A stretch of 59,045 nt of DNA from Azolla caroliniana. Lineage: Eukaryota > Plantae > Polypodiophyta. The notes beneath the pieces were generated by a model. It was given only the letters and a program-made list of their open reading frames with translations, did no database searches and was not told the DNA's origin. Location of the stretch: the NCBI GenBank assembly GCA_043228905.1, contig JBHGNT010000180.1, positions 1-59,045 of the forward strand, given 5' to 3'. The translations under genes and the position numbers were made by a program. This document shows positions 10,801 to 25,000 of this stretch, piece by piece. Every line of letters begins with the position of its first letter. Position 1 is the first letter of the stretch.

Positions 10801-13800
10801 CTCGTGTCATATCGGATTTTAGTGTTTAAAGATGCGAATCGAAGCTAATAACGCTACCTATAATATGGAATTAAGAAATCAGGATTTTGAAACTCAGGTC
10901 GAGAGACATGAAGAAATTACCAAATTTGAGGAGGGAGTTGAGAAAAGCGCGTGAGTAAATTAAAATGCTCATACCTGGCTCGTCTGATATCGGATTCTTA
11001 TGATCAAACACGCGATTCGAAGCTAACAATGCCACCTATGAGATGGAATTAAAAAACGAAGATTTTGAAACTCAGGTCGAGAGACATGAAGAAATTACCA
11101 AATTTGAGGAGGGAGTTGAGAAGAGCGCGTGAGTAAATTAAAATGTTCATACCTGGCTCGTGTGATCCCAGATTTTTGTGTTAAAACATCCGAATGGAAG
11201 CTAACAATGCTAGCTATGATATAGAATTAAAAAATCAAGATTTTGAAGCTCAGGTCAAGAGACATGAAGAAATTACCAAATTTGACGAGGGAGTTGAGAA
11301 GAGCGCGTGAGTAAATTAAAATGTTTATACCTGGCTCGTGTGGTCCCGGATTTCTGTGTTCAAAGATGTGAATCGAAGCTAACAACGCTACCTATAATAT
11401 GGAATTAAGAAATCGAGATTTTGAAACTCAGGTCGAGAGACATGAAGAAATTACCAAATTTGAAGAGGGAGTTGAGAAGAGCGCGTAGGTAAATGAAAAT
11501 GCTCATACCTGGCTCGTGTGATATCGGATTTTTGTGTTCAAACATGCGATTCGAAGCTAACTATGCTACCTATGAGATGGAATTAAAAAACGAAGATTTT
11601 GAAACTCAGGTCGAGAGACATGAAGAAATTACCAAATTTGAGAAGGGAGTTGAGAAGAGCGCGTGAGTAAATTAAAATGTTCATACCTGGCTCGTGTGAT
11701 CCCGGATTTTTGTGTTAAAACATGCGAATGGAAGCTAACAATGCTAGCTATGATATAGAATTAAAAAATCAAGATTTTGAAACTCAGGTCGAGAGACATG
11801 AAGAAATTACCAAATTTGACGAGGGAGTTGAGAAGAGCGCGTGAGTAAATTAAAATGTTCATACCTGGGTCGTGTGATCCCGGATTTTTGTGTTAAAACA
11901 TGCGAATGGAAGCTAACAATGCTAGCTATGATATAGAATTAGAAAATCAAGATTTTGAAGCTCAAGTCAAGAGACATGAAGAAATTACCAAATTTGACGA
12001 GGGAGTTGAAAAGAGCGCGTGAGTAAATTAAAATGTTCATACCTGGCTCGTGTGATATCGGATTTTAGTGTTCAAAGATGCGAATTGAAGGTAATAACGC
12101 TATTTATAATATGGAATTAAAAAATCGAAATTTTGAAACTCAGGTCGAGAGACATGAAGAAATTACCAAATTTGAAGAGGGAGTTGAGAAGAGCGCGTGA
12201 GTAAATTAAAATGCTCATACCTAGCTCGTGTGATCCCGGATTTTTGTGTTCAAAGATGCTAATCGAAGCTAACAATGCTAGCTATGATATAGAATTAAAA
12301 AATCAAGATTTTAAAACTCAGGTCGAGAGACATGAAGAAATTACCAAATTTGAGGAGGGAGTTGAAAAGAGCGCGTGAGTAAATTAAAATGTTCATACGT
12401 GGCTCGTGTGATCCCGGATTTTCGTGTTCAAAGATGCGAATCGAAGCAAACAATACTAGCTATGATATAGAATCAAAAAATCAAGATTTTGAAACTCAGG
12501 TCGAGAGACATCAAGAAATTGGCAAGTTAGAAGAGGGAGTTGAGAAGAGCCCGTGAGTAAATTAAAATGTTCATACCTGGCTCGTGTGATCCCGGATTTT
12601 TGTGTTAAAACATGCGAATGGAAGCTAACAATGCTAGCGATGATATAGAATTAAAAAATCAAGATTTTGAAACTCAGGTCGAGAGACATGAAGAAATTAC
12701 CAAATTTGACGAGGGAGTTGAGAAGAGCGCGTGAGTAAATTAAAATGTTCATACCTGGCTCGTGTGATATCTGATTTCTATATTCAAACATGGGAATGGA
12801 AGCTAACAACGCTACCTATGATATGGAATTAAAAAATCAAGATTTTGAAACTCAGGTCGACAGACATGAAGAAATTACCAAATTTGAGGAGGGAGTTGAG
12901 AAGAGCGCGTGAGTAAATTAAAATGTTCATACCTGGCTCGTGTGATATCGGAATTTAGTGTTCAAAGATGCGAATCGAAGCTAACAACACTAGCTATGAT
13001 ATAGAATCAAAAAATCAAGATTTTGAAACTCAGGTCGAACGACATGAAGAAATTACCAAATTTGACGAGGGAGTTGAGAAGAGCGCATGAGTAAATTAAA
13101 ATGTTCATACCTTGCTCGTGTGATCCCGGATTTATGTGTTCAAAGATGCGAATCGAAGCTAACAACGTTACCTATAATATGGAATTAAGAAAATCGAGAT
13201 TTTGAAACTCAGGTCGAGAGACATGAAGAAATTACCAAATTTGAGAAGGGAGTTGAGAAGAGCGCGTGAGTAAATTAAAATGTTCATACCTGGCTCGTGT
13301 GATCCCGGATTTTTGTGTTAAAACATGCGAATGGAAGCTAACAATGCTAGCTATGATATAGAATTAATAAATCAAGATTTTGAAACTCAGGTCGAGAGAC
13401 ATGAAGAAATTACCAAATTTGACGAGGGAGTTGAGAAGAGCGCGTGAGTAAATTAAAATGTTCATACCTGGCTCGTGTGATCCCGGATTTTTGTGTTAAA
13501 ACATGCGAATGGAAGCTAACAATGCTAGCTATGATATAGAATTAGAAAATCAAGATTTTGAAGCTCAAGTCAAGAGACATGAAGAAATTACCAAATTTGA
13601 CGAGGGAGTTGAAAAGAGCGCGTGAGTAAATTAAAATGTTCATACCTGGCTCGTGTGATATCGGATTTTAGTGTTCAAAGATGCGAATTGAAGGTAATAA
13701 CGCTATTTATAATATGGAATTAAAAAATCGAAATTTTGAAACTCAGGTCGAGAGACATGAAGAAATTACCAAATTTGAAGAGGGAGTTGAGAAGAGCCCG

Positions 13801-16800
13801 TGAGTAAATTAAAATGTTCATACCTGGCTCGTGTGATCCCGGATTTTTGTGTTAAAACATGCGAATGGAAGCTAACAATGCTAGCGATGATATAGAATTA
13901 AAAAATCAAGATTTTGAAACTCAGGTCGAGAGACATGAAGAAATTACCAAATTTGACGAGGGAGTTGAGAAGAGCGCGTGAGTAAATTAAAATGTTCATA
14001 CCTGGCTCGTGTGATATCTGATTTCTATATTCAAACATGGGAATCGAAGCTAACAACGCTACCTATGATATGGAATTAAAAAATCAAGATTTTGAAACTC
14101 AGGTCGACAGACATGAAGAAATTACCAAATTTGAGGAGGGAGTTGAGAAGAGCGCGTGAGTAAATTAAAATGTTCATACCTGGCTCGTGTGATATCGGAA
14201 TTTAGTGTTCAAAGATGCGAATCGAAGCTAACAACACTAGCTATGATATAGAATCAAAAAATCAAGATTTTGAAACTCAGGTCGAACGACATGAAGAAAT
14301 TACCAAATTTGACGAGGGAGTTGAGAAGAGCGCATGAGTAAATTAAAATGTTCATACCTTGCTCGTGTGATCCCGGATTTATGTGTTCAAAGATGCGAAT
14401 CGAAGCTAACAACGTTACCTATAATATGGAATTAAGAAAATCGAGATTTTGAAACTCAGGTCGAGAGACATGAAGAAATTACCAAATTTGAGAAGGGAGT
14501 TGAGAAGAGCGCGTGAGTAAATTAAAATGTTCATACCTGGCTCGTGTGATCCCGGATTTTTGTGTTAAAACATGCGAATGGAAGCTAACAATGCTAGCTA
14601 TGATATAGAATTAAAAAATCAAGATTTTGAAACTCAGGTCGAGAGACATGAAGAAATTACCAAATTTGACGAGGGAGTTGAGAAGAGCGCGTGAGTAAAT
14701 TAAAATGTTCATACCTGGCTCGTGTGATCCCGGATTTTTGTGTTAAAACATGCGAATGGAAGCTAACAATGCTACCTATGAGATGGAATTAAAAAACGAA
14801 GATTTTGAAACTCATGTCGAGAGACATGAAGAAATTACCAAATTTGACGAGGGAGTTGAAAAGAGCGCGTGAGTAAATTAAAATGTTCATACCATGCTCG
14901 TGTCATATCGGATTTTAGTGTTTAAAGATGCGAATCGAAGCTAATAACGCTACCTATAATATGGAATTAAGAAATCAGGATTTTGAAACTCAGGTCGAGA
15001 GACATGAAGAAATTACCAAATTTGAGGAGGGAGTTGAGAAAAGCGCGTGAGTAAATTAAAATGCTCATACCTGGCTCGTCTGATATCGGATTCTTATGAT
15101 CAAACACGCGATTCGAAGCTAACAATGCCACCTATGAGATGGAATTAAAAAACGAAGATTTTGAAACTCAGGTCGAGAGACATGAAGAAATTACCAAATT
15201 TGAGGAGGGAGTTGAGAAGAGCGCGTGAGTAAATTAAAATGTTCATACCTGGCTCGTGTGATCCCGGATTTTTGTGTTAAAACATCCGAATGGAAGCTAA
15301 CAATGCTAGCTATGATATAGAATTAAAAAATCAAGATTTTGAAGCTCAGGTCAAGAGACATGAAGAAATTACCAAATTTGACGAGGGAGTTGAGAAGAGC
15401 GCGTGAGTAAATTAAAATGTTTATACCTGGCTCGTGTGGTCCCGGATTTCTGTGTTCAAAGATGTGAATCGAAGCTAACAACGCTACCTATAATATGGAA
15501 TTAAGAAATCGAGATTTTGAAACTCAGGTCGAGAGACATGAAGAAATTACCAAATTTGAAGAGGGAGTTGAGAAGAGCGCGTAGGTAAATGAAAATGCTC
15601 ATACCTGGCTCGTGTGATATCGGATTTTTGTGTTCAAACATGCGATTCGAAGCTAACTATGCTACCTATGAGATGGAATTAAAAAACGAAGATTTTGAAA
15701 CTCAGGTCGAGAGACATGAAGAAATTACCAAATTTGAGAAGGGAGTTGAGAAGAGCGCGTGAGTAAATTAAAATGTTCATACCTGGCTCGTGTGATCCCG
15801 GATTTTTGTGTTAAAACATGCGAATGGAAGCTAACAATGCTAGCTATGATATAGAATTAAAAAATCAAGATTTTGAAACTCAGGTCGAGAGACATGAAGA
15901 AATTACCAAATTTGACGAGGGAGTTGAGAAGAGCGCGTGAGTAAATTAAAATGTTCATACCTGGCTCGTGTGATCCCGGATTTTTGTGTTAAAACATGCG
16001 AATGGAAGCTAACAATGCTAGCTATGATATAGAATTAGAAAATCAAGATTTTGAAGCTCAAGTCAAGAGACATGAAGAAATTACCAAATTTGACGAGGGA
16101 GTTGAAAAGAGCGCGTGAGTAAATTAAAATGTTCATACCTGGCTCGTGTGATATCGGATTTTAGTGTTCAAAGATGCGAATTGAAGGTAATAACGCTATT
16201 TATAATATGGAATTAAAAAATCGAAATTTTGAAACTCAGGTCGAGAGACATGAAGAAATTACCAAATTTGAAGAGGGAGTTGAGAAGAGCGCGTGAGTAA
16301 ATTAAAATGCTCATACCTAGCTCGTGTGATCCCGGATTTTTGTGTTCAAAGATGCTAATCGAAGCTAACAATGCTAGCTATGATATAGAATTAAAAAATC
16401 AAGATTTTAAAACTCAGGTCGAGAGACATGAAGAAATTACCAAATTTGAGGAGGGAGTTGAAAAGAGCGCGTGAGTAAATTAAAATGTTCATACGTGGCT
16501 CGTGTGATCCCGGATTTTCGTGTTCAAAGATGCGAATCGAAGCAAACAATACTAGCTATGATATAGAATCAAAAAATCAAGATTTTGAAACTCAGGTCGA
16601 GAGACATCAAGAAATTGGCAAGTTAGAAGAGGGAGTTGAGAAGAGCCCGTGAGTAAATTAAAATGTTCATACCTGGCTCGTGTGATCCCGGATTTTTGTG
16701 TTAAAACATGCGAATGGAAGCTAACAATGCTAGCGATGATATAGAATTAAAAAATCAAGATTTTGAAACTCAGGTCGAGAGACATGAAGAAATTACCAAA

Positions 16801-19051
16801 TTTGACGAGGGAGTTGAGAAGAGCGCGTGAGTAAATTAAAATGTTCATACCTGGCTCGTGTGATATCTGATTTCTATATTCAAACATGGGAATGGAAGCT
16901 AACAACGCTACCTATGATATGGAATTAAAAAATCAAGATTTTGAAACTCAGGTCGACAGACATGAAGAAATTACCAAATTTGAGGAGGGAGTTGAGAAGA
17001 GCGCGTGAGTAAATAAAAATGTTCATACCTGGCTCGTGTGATATCGGAATTTAGTGTTCAAAGATGCGAATCGAAGCTAACAACACTAGCTATGATATAG
17101 AATCAAAAAATCAAGATTTTGAAACTCAGGTCGAACGACATGAAGAAATTACCAAATTTGACGAGGGAGTTGAGAAGAGCGCATGAGTAAATTAAAATGT
17201 TCATACCTTGCTCGTGTGATCCCGGATTTATGTGTTCAAAGATGCGAATCGAAGCTAACAACGTTACCTATAATATGGAATTAAGAAAATCGAGATTTTG
17301 AAACTCAGGTCGAGAGACATGAAGAAATTACCAAATTTGAGAAGGGAGTTGAGAAGAGCGCGTGAGTAAATTAAAATGTTCATACCTGGCTCGTGTGATC
17401 CCGGATTTTTGTGTTAAAACATGCGAATGGAAGCTAACAATGCTAGCTATGATATAGAATTAATAAATCAAGATTTTGAAACTCAGGTCGAGAGACATGA
17501 AGAAATTACCAAATTTGACGAGGGAGTTGAGAAGAGCGCGTGAGTAAATTAAAATGTTCATACCTGGCTCGTGTGATATCGGATTTTTGTGTTAAAACAT
17601 GCGAATGGAAGCTAACAATGCTAGCTATGATATAGAATTAGAAAATCAAGATTTTGAAGCTCAAGTCAAGAGACATGAAGAAATTACCAAATTTGACGAG
17701 GGAGTTGAAAAGAGCGCGTGAGTAAATTAAAATGTTCATACCTGGCTCGTGTGATATCGGATTTTAGTGTTCAAAGATGCGAATTGAAGGTAATAACGCT
17801 ATTTATAATATGGAATTAAAAAATCGAAATTTTGAAACTCAGGTCGAGAGACATGAAGAAATTACCAAATTTGAAGAGGGAGTTGAGAAGAGCGCGTGAG
17901 TAAATTAAAATGCTCATACCTAGCTCGTGTGATCCCGGATTTTTGTGTTCAAAGATGCTAATCCAAGCTAACAATGCTAGCTATGATATAGAATTAAAAA
18001 ATCAAGATTTTAAAACTCAGGTCGAGAGACATGAAGAAATTACCAAATTTGAGGAGGGAGTTGAAAAGAGCGCGTGAGTAAATTAAAATGTTCATACGTG
18101 GCTCGTGTGATCCCGGATTTTCGTGTTCAAAGATGCGAATCGAAGCAAACAATACTAGCTATGATATAGAATCAAAAAATCAAGATTTTGAAACTCAGGT
18201 CGAGAGACATCAAGAAATTGGCAAGTTAGAAGAGGGAGTTGAGAAGAGCCCGTGAGTAAATTAAAATGTTCATACCTGGCTCGTGTGATCCCGGATTTTT
18301 GTGTTAAAACATGCGAATGGAAGCTAACAATGCTAGCGATGATATAGAATTAAAAAATCAAGATTTTGAAACTCAGGTCGAGAGACATGAAGAAATTACC
18401 AAATTTGACGAGGGAGTTGAGAAGAGCGCGTGAGTAAATTAAAATGTTCATACCTGGCTCGTGTGATATCTGATTTCTATATTCAAACATGGGAATGGAA
18501 GCTAACAACGCTACCTATGATATGGAATTAAAAAATCAAGATTTTGAAACTCAGGTCGACAGACATGAAGAAATTACCAAATTTGAGGAGGGAGTTGAGA
18601 AGAGCGCGTGAGTAAATTAAAATGTTCATACCTGGCTCGTGTGATATCGGAATTTAGTGTTCAAAGATGCGAATCGAAGCTAACAACACTAGCTATGATA
18701 TAGAATCAAAAAATCAAGATTTTGAAACTCAGGTCGAACGACATGAAGAAATTACCAAATTTGACGAGGGAGTTGAGAAGAGCGCATGAGTAAATTAAAA
18801 TGTTCATACCTTGCTCGTGTGATCCCGGATTTATGTGTTCAAAGATGCGAATCGAAGCTAACAACGTTACCTATAATATGGAATTAAGAAAATCGAGATT
18901 TTGAAACTCAGGTCGAGAGACATGAAGAAATTACCAAATTTGAAGAGGGAGTTGAGAAGAGCCCGTGAGTAAATTAAAATGCTCATACCTGGCTCGTGTG
19001 ATATCGGATTCTTATGATCAAACACGCGATTCGAAGCTAACAATGCCACCT
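7900..19051 (+). repeat. Domain B: higher-order repeats with 7/9/15/16/23-monomer spacings and a divergent monomer set
   Basis: gtcgaacgac at 10185, 13034, 14281, 17130, 18733 (gaps 2849, 1247, 2849, 1603). catcaagaaattggcaagttag at 9838, 12509, 16605, 18208 (gaps 2671, 4096, 1603). +1 A insertion at about 10341, 13190, 14437, 17286, 18889. Confidence 0.9.
9881..17893 (+). repeat. Near-tandem duplication with 4,096-bp (23-monomer) offset: 9881-13797 versus 13977-17893
   Basis: Markers repeat at +4096 (10185/14281, 10792/14888, 11486/15582, 12509/16605, 13034/17130), with a handful of substitutions between copies. Confidence 0.88.
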
Positions 19052-22000
19052 ATGAGATGGAATTAGAAAACGAAGATTTTGAAACTCAGGTCGAGAGACA
19101 TGAAGAAATTACCAAATTTGAGGAGGGAGTTGAGAAGAGCGCGTGAGTAAATTAAAATGTTCATACCTGGCTCGTGTAATCCCGGATTTTTGTGTTAAAA
19201 CATGCGAATGGAAGCTAACAATGCTAGCTATGATATAGAATTAAAAAATCAAGATTTTGAAGCTCAGGTCAAGAGACATGAAGAAATTACCAAATTTGAC
19301 GAGGGAGTTGAAAAGAGCGCGTGAGTAAATTAAAATCTTCATACCTGGCTCGTGTGATATCGGATTTTAGTGTTCAAAGATGCGAATCGAAGCTAATAAC
19401 GCTACCTATAATATGGAATTAAAAAATCAAGATTTTGAAACTCAGGTCGAGAGACATGAAGAAATTACCAAATTTGAGGAGGGAGTTGAGAAGAGCGGGT
19501 GAGTAAATTAAAATGTTCATACCTGGCTCGTGTGATCCCGGATTTCTGTGTTCAAAGATGTGAATCGAAGCTAACAACGCTACCTATAATATGGAATTAA
19601 GAAATCGAGATTTTAAAACTCAGGTCGAGAGTCATGAAGAAATTACCAAATTTGAAGAGGGAGTTGAGAAGAGCGCGTGAGTAAATTAAAATGCTCATAC
19701 CTGGCTCGTGTGATATCGGATTCTTGTGTTCAAACATGCGATTCGAAGCTAACAATGCTACCTATGAGATGGAATTAAAAAACGAAGATTTTGAAACTCA
19801 TGTCGAGAGACATGAAGAAATTACCAAATTTGACGAGGGAGTTGAAAAGAGCGCGTGAGTAAATTAAAATGTTCATACCATGCTCGTGTCATATCGGATT
19901 TTAGTGTTTAAAGATGCGAATCGAAGCTAATAACGCTACCTATAATATGGAATTAAAAAATCAGGATTTTGAAACTCAGGTCGAGAGACATGAAGAAATT
20001 ACCAAATTTGAGGAGGGAGTTGAGAAAAGCGCGTGAGTAAATTAAAATGCTCATACCTGGCTCGCCTGATATCGGATTCTTATGATCAAACACGCGATTC
20101 GAAGCTAACAATGCCACCTATGAGATGGAATTAAAAAACGAAGATTTTGAAACTCAGGTCGAGAGACATGAAGAAATTACCAAATTTGAGGAGGGAGTTG
20201 AGAAGAGCGCGTGAGTAAATTAAAATGTTCATACCTGGCTCGTGTGATCCCGGATTTTTGTGTTAAAACATCCGAATGGAAGCTAACAATGCTAGCTATG
20301 ATATAGAATTAAAAAATCAAGATTTTGAAGCTCAGGTCAAGAGACATGAAGAAATTACCAAATTTGACGAGGGAGTTGAGAAGAGCGCGTGAGTAAATTA
20401 AAATGTTTATACCTGGCTCGTGTGGTCCCGGATTTCTGTGTTCAAAGATGTGAATCGAAGCTAACAACGCTACCTATAATATGGAATTAAGAAATCGAGA
20501 TTTTGAAACTCAGGTCGAGAGACATGAAGAAATTACCAAATTTGAAGAGGGAGTTGAGAAGAGCGCGTAGGTAAATGAAAATGCTCATACCTGGCTCGTG
20601 TGATATCGGATTTTTGTGTTCAAACATGCGATTCGAAGCTAACTATGCTACCTATGAGATGGAATTAAAAAAGGAAGATTTTGAAACTCAGGTCGAGAGA
20701 CATGAAGAAATTACCAAATTTGAGAAGGGAGTTGAGAAGAGCGCGTGAGTAAATTAAAATGTTCATACCTGGCTCGTGTGATCCCGGATTTTTGTGTTAA
20801 AACATGCGAATGGAAGCTAACAATGCTAGCTATGATATAGAATTAAAAAATCAAGATTTTGAAGCTCAGGTCGAGAGACATGAAGAAATTACTAAATTTG
20901 ACGAGGGAGTTGAGAAGAGCGCGTGAGTAAATTAAAATGTTCATACCTGGCTCGTGTGATCCCGGATGTTTGTGTTAAAACATGCGAATGGAAGCTAACA
21001 ATGCTAGCTATGATATAGAATTAGAAAATCAAGATTTTGAAGCTCAGGTCGAGAGACATGAAGAAATTACCAAATTTGACGAGGGAGTTGAAAAGAGCGC
21101 GTGAGTAAATTAAAATGTTCATACCTGGCTCGTGTGATATCGGATTTTAGTGTTCAAAGATGCGAATCGAAGCTAATAACGCTACCTATAATATGGAATT
21201 AAAAAATCGAGATTTTGAAACTCAGGTCGAGAGACATGAAGAAATTACCAAATTTGAAGAGGGAGTTGAGAAGAGCGCGTGAGTAAATTAAAATGCTCAT
21301 ACCTGGCTCGTGTGATATCGGATTTTTATGTTCAAACACGCGATTCGAAGCTAACAATGCCACCTATGAGATGGAATTAAAAAAGGAAGATTTTGAAACT
21401 CAGGTCGAGAGACATGAAGAAATTACCAAATTTGAGGAGGGAGTTGAGAAGAGCGCGTGAGTAAATTAAAATGTTCATACCTGGCTCGTGTGATATCAGA
21501 TTTTAGTGTTGAAAGATGCGAATCGAAGCTAATAACGCTACCTATAGTATGGAATTAAAAAATCGAGATTTTGAAACTCAGGTCGAGAGACATGAAGAAA
21601 TTACCAAATTTGAAGAGGGAGTTGAGAAGAGCGCGTGAGTAAATTAAAATGCTCATACCTGGCTCGTGTGATATCGGATTTTTATGTTCAAACACGCGAT
21701 TCGAAGCTAACAATGCCACCTATGAGATGGAATTAAAAAAGGAAGATTTTGAAACTCAGGTCGAGAGACATGAAGAAATTACCAAATTTGAGGAGGGAGT
21801 TGAGAAGAGCGCGTGAGTAAATTAAAATGTTCATACCTGGCTCGTGTGATCCCGGATTTTTGTGTTAAAACATCCGAATGGAAGCTAACAATGCTAGCTA
21901 TGATATAGAATTAAAAAATCAAGATTTTGAAGCTCAGGCCAAGAGACATGAAGAAATTACCAAATTTGACGAGGGAGTTGAAAAGAGCGCGTGAGTAAAT

Positions 22001-25000
22001 TAAAATGTTTATACCTGGCTCGTGTGGTCCCGGATTTCTGTGTTCAAAGATGTGAATCGAAGCTAACAACGCTACCTATAATATGGAATTAAGAAATCGA
22101 GATTTTGAAACTCAGGTCGAGAGACATGAAGAAATTACCAAATTTGAAGAGGGAGTTGAGAAGAGCGCGTGAGTAAATTAAAATCCTCATACCTGGCTCC
22201 TGTGATATCGGATTTTTGTGTTCAAACATGCGATTCGAAGCTAACTATGCTACCTATGAGATGGAATTAAAAAACGAAGATTTTGAAACTCAGGTCGAGA
22301 GACATGAAGAAATTACCAAATTTGAGGAGGGAGTTGAGAAGAGCGCGTGAGTAAATTAAAATGTTCATACCTGGCTCGTGTGATCCCGGATTTTTGTGTT
22401 AAAACATGCGAATGGAAGCTAACAATGCTAGCTATGATATAGAATTACAAAATCAAGATTTTGAAGCTCAGGTCAAGAGACATGAAGAAATTACCAAATT
22501 TGACCAGGGAGTTGAAGAGAGCGTGTGAGTAAATTAAAATGTTCATACCTGGCTCGTGTCATATCGGCTTTTAGTGTTCAAAGATGCGAATCGAAGCTAA
22601 TAATGCTACCTATAATATGGAATTAAAAAATCGAGATTTTGAAACTCAGGTCGAGAGACATGAAGAAATTACCAAATTTGAGGAGGGAGTTGAGAAGAAC
22701 GGGTGAGTAAATTAAAATGTTCATACCTGGCTCATGTGATCCCGGATTTCTGTGTTCAAAGATGTGAATCGAAGCTAACAATGCTACCTATAATATGGAA
22801 TTAAGAAATTGAGATTTTGAAACTCAGGTCGAGAGACATGAAGAAATTACCAAATTTGAAGAGGGAGTTGAGAAGAGCGCGTGAGTAAATTAAAATGTTC
22901 ATACCTGGCTCGTGTGATCCCGGATTTTTCAGTTAAAACATGCGAATGGAAGCTAACAATGCTAGCTATGATATAGAATTAGAAAATCAAGATTTTGAAG
23001 CTCAGGTCGAGAGACATGAAGAAATTACCAAATTTGACGAGGGAGTTGAAAAGAGCGCGTGAGTAAATTGAAATGTTCATACCTGGCTCGTGTGATATCG
23101 GATTTTAGTGTTCAAAGATGCGAATCGAAGCTAATAACGCTACCTATAATATGGAATTAAAAAATCGAGATTTTGAAACTCAGGTCGAGAGACATGAAGA
23201 AATTACCAAATTTGAGGAGGGAGTTGAGAAGAGCGGGTGAGTAAATTAAAATGTTCATACCTGGCTCGTGTGATCCCGGATTTCTGTGTTCAAAGATGTG
23301 AATCGAAGCTAACAACGCTACCTATAATATGGAATTAAGAAATCGAGATTTTGAAACTCAGGTCGAGAGACATGAAGAAATTACCAAATTTGAAGAGGGA
23401 GTTGAGAAGAGCGCGTGAGTAAATTAAAATGCTCATACCTGGCTCGTGTGATATCGGATTCTTGTGTTCAAACATGCGATTCGAAGCTAACAATGCTACC
23501 TATAAGATGGAATTAAAAAACGAAGATTTTGAAGCTCAGGTCAAGAGACATGAAGAAATTACCAAATTTGACCAGGGAGTTGAATAGAGCGTGTGAGTAA
23601 ATTAAAATGTTCATACCTGGCTCGTGTAATCCCGGATTTCTGTGTTCAAAGATGCGAATCGAAGCTAATAATGCTACCTATAATATGGAATTAAGAAATC
23701 GAGATTTTGAAGCTCAGGTCAAGAGACATGAAGAAATTACCAAATTTGAAGAGGGAGTTGAGAAGAGCGCGTGAGTAAATTAAAATCCTCATACCTGGCT
23801 CGTGTGATATCGGATTTTTGTGTTCAAACATGCGATTCGAAGCTAACTATGCTACCTATGAGATGGAATTAAAAAACGAAGATTTTGAAACTCAGGTCGA
23901 GAGACATGAAGAAATTACCAAATTTGAGGAGGGAGTTGAGAAGAGCGCGTGAGTAAATTAAAATGTTCATACCTGGCTCGTGTGATCCCGGATTTTTGTG
24001 TTAAAACATGCGAATGGAAGCTAACAATGCTAGCTATGATATAGAATTAAAAAATCGAGATTTTGAAACTCAGGTCGAGAGACATGAAGAAATTACCAAA
24101 TTTGACGAGGGAGTTGAGAAGAGCGCGTGAGTAAATTAAAATGTTCATACCTGGCTCGTGTGATCCCGGATTTCTGTGTTAAAACATGCAAATGGAAGCT
24201 AACAATGCTAGCTATGATATAGAATTACAAAATCAAGATTTTGAAGCTCAGGTCAAGAGACATGAAGAAATTACCAAATTTGACGAGGGAGTTGAAAAGA
24301 GCGTGTGAGTAAATTAAAATGTTCATACCTGGCTCGTGTCATATCGGATTTTAGTGTTCAAAGATGCGAATCGAAGCTAATAACGCTACCTATAATATGG
24401 AATTAAAGAATCGAGATTTTGAAACTCAGGTCGAGAGACATGAAGAAATTACCAATTTTGAGGAGGGAGTTGAGAAGAGCGGGTGAGTAAATTAAAATGT
24501 TCATACCTGGCTCGTGTGATCCCGGATTTCTGTGTTAAAACATGCGAATGGAAGCTAACAATGCTAGCTATGATATAGAATTAAAAAATCAAGATTTTGA
24601 AACTCAGGTCGAGAGACATGAAGAAATTACCAAATTTGAAGAGGGAGTTGAGAAGAGCGCGTGAATAAATTAAAATGTTCATACCTGGCTCGTGTGATCC
24701 CGGATTTTTGTGTTCAAAGATGCGAATGGAAGCTAATAACGCTACCTATAATATGGAATTAAAAAATCGAGATTTTGAAACTCAGGTCGAGAGACATGAA
24801 GAAATTACCAATTTTGAGGAGGGAGTTGAGAAGAGCGGGTGAGTAAATTAAAATGTTCATACCTGGCTCGTGTGATCCCGGATTTCTGTGTTCAAAGATG
24901 TGAATCGAAGCTAACAATGCTACCTATAATATGGAATTAAGAAATCGAGATTTTGAAGCTCAAGTCAAGAGACATGAAGAAATTACCAAATTTGACGAGG

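Noticed and set aside
9881-17893. 4,096-bp offset being a power of two (possible computational artefact)
   Set aside because: It equals 23x178+2, explained by two +1 monomers, and the copies differ by several substitutions.
18867-19049. 60-aa minus-strand ORF in the supplied track
   Set aside because: It is one antisense satellite monomer opened by a chance combination of variants, including the +1 A. It has no recognisable domain or unique sequence.
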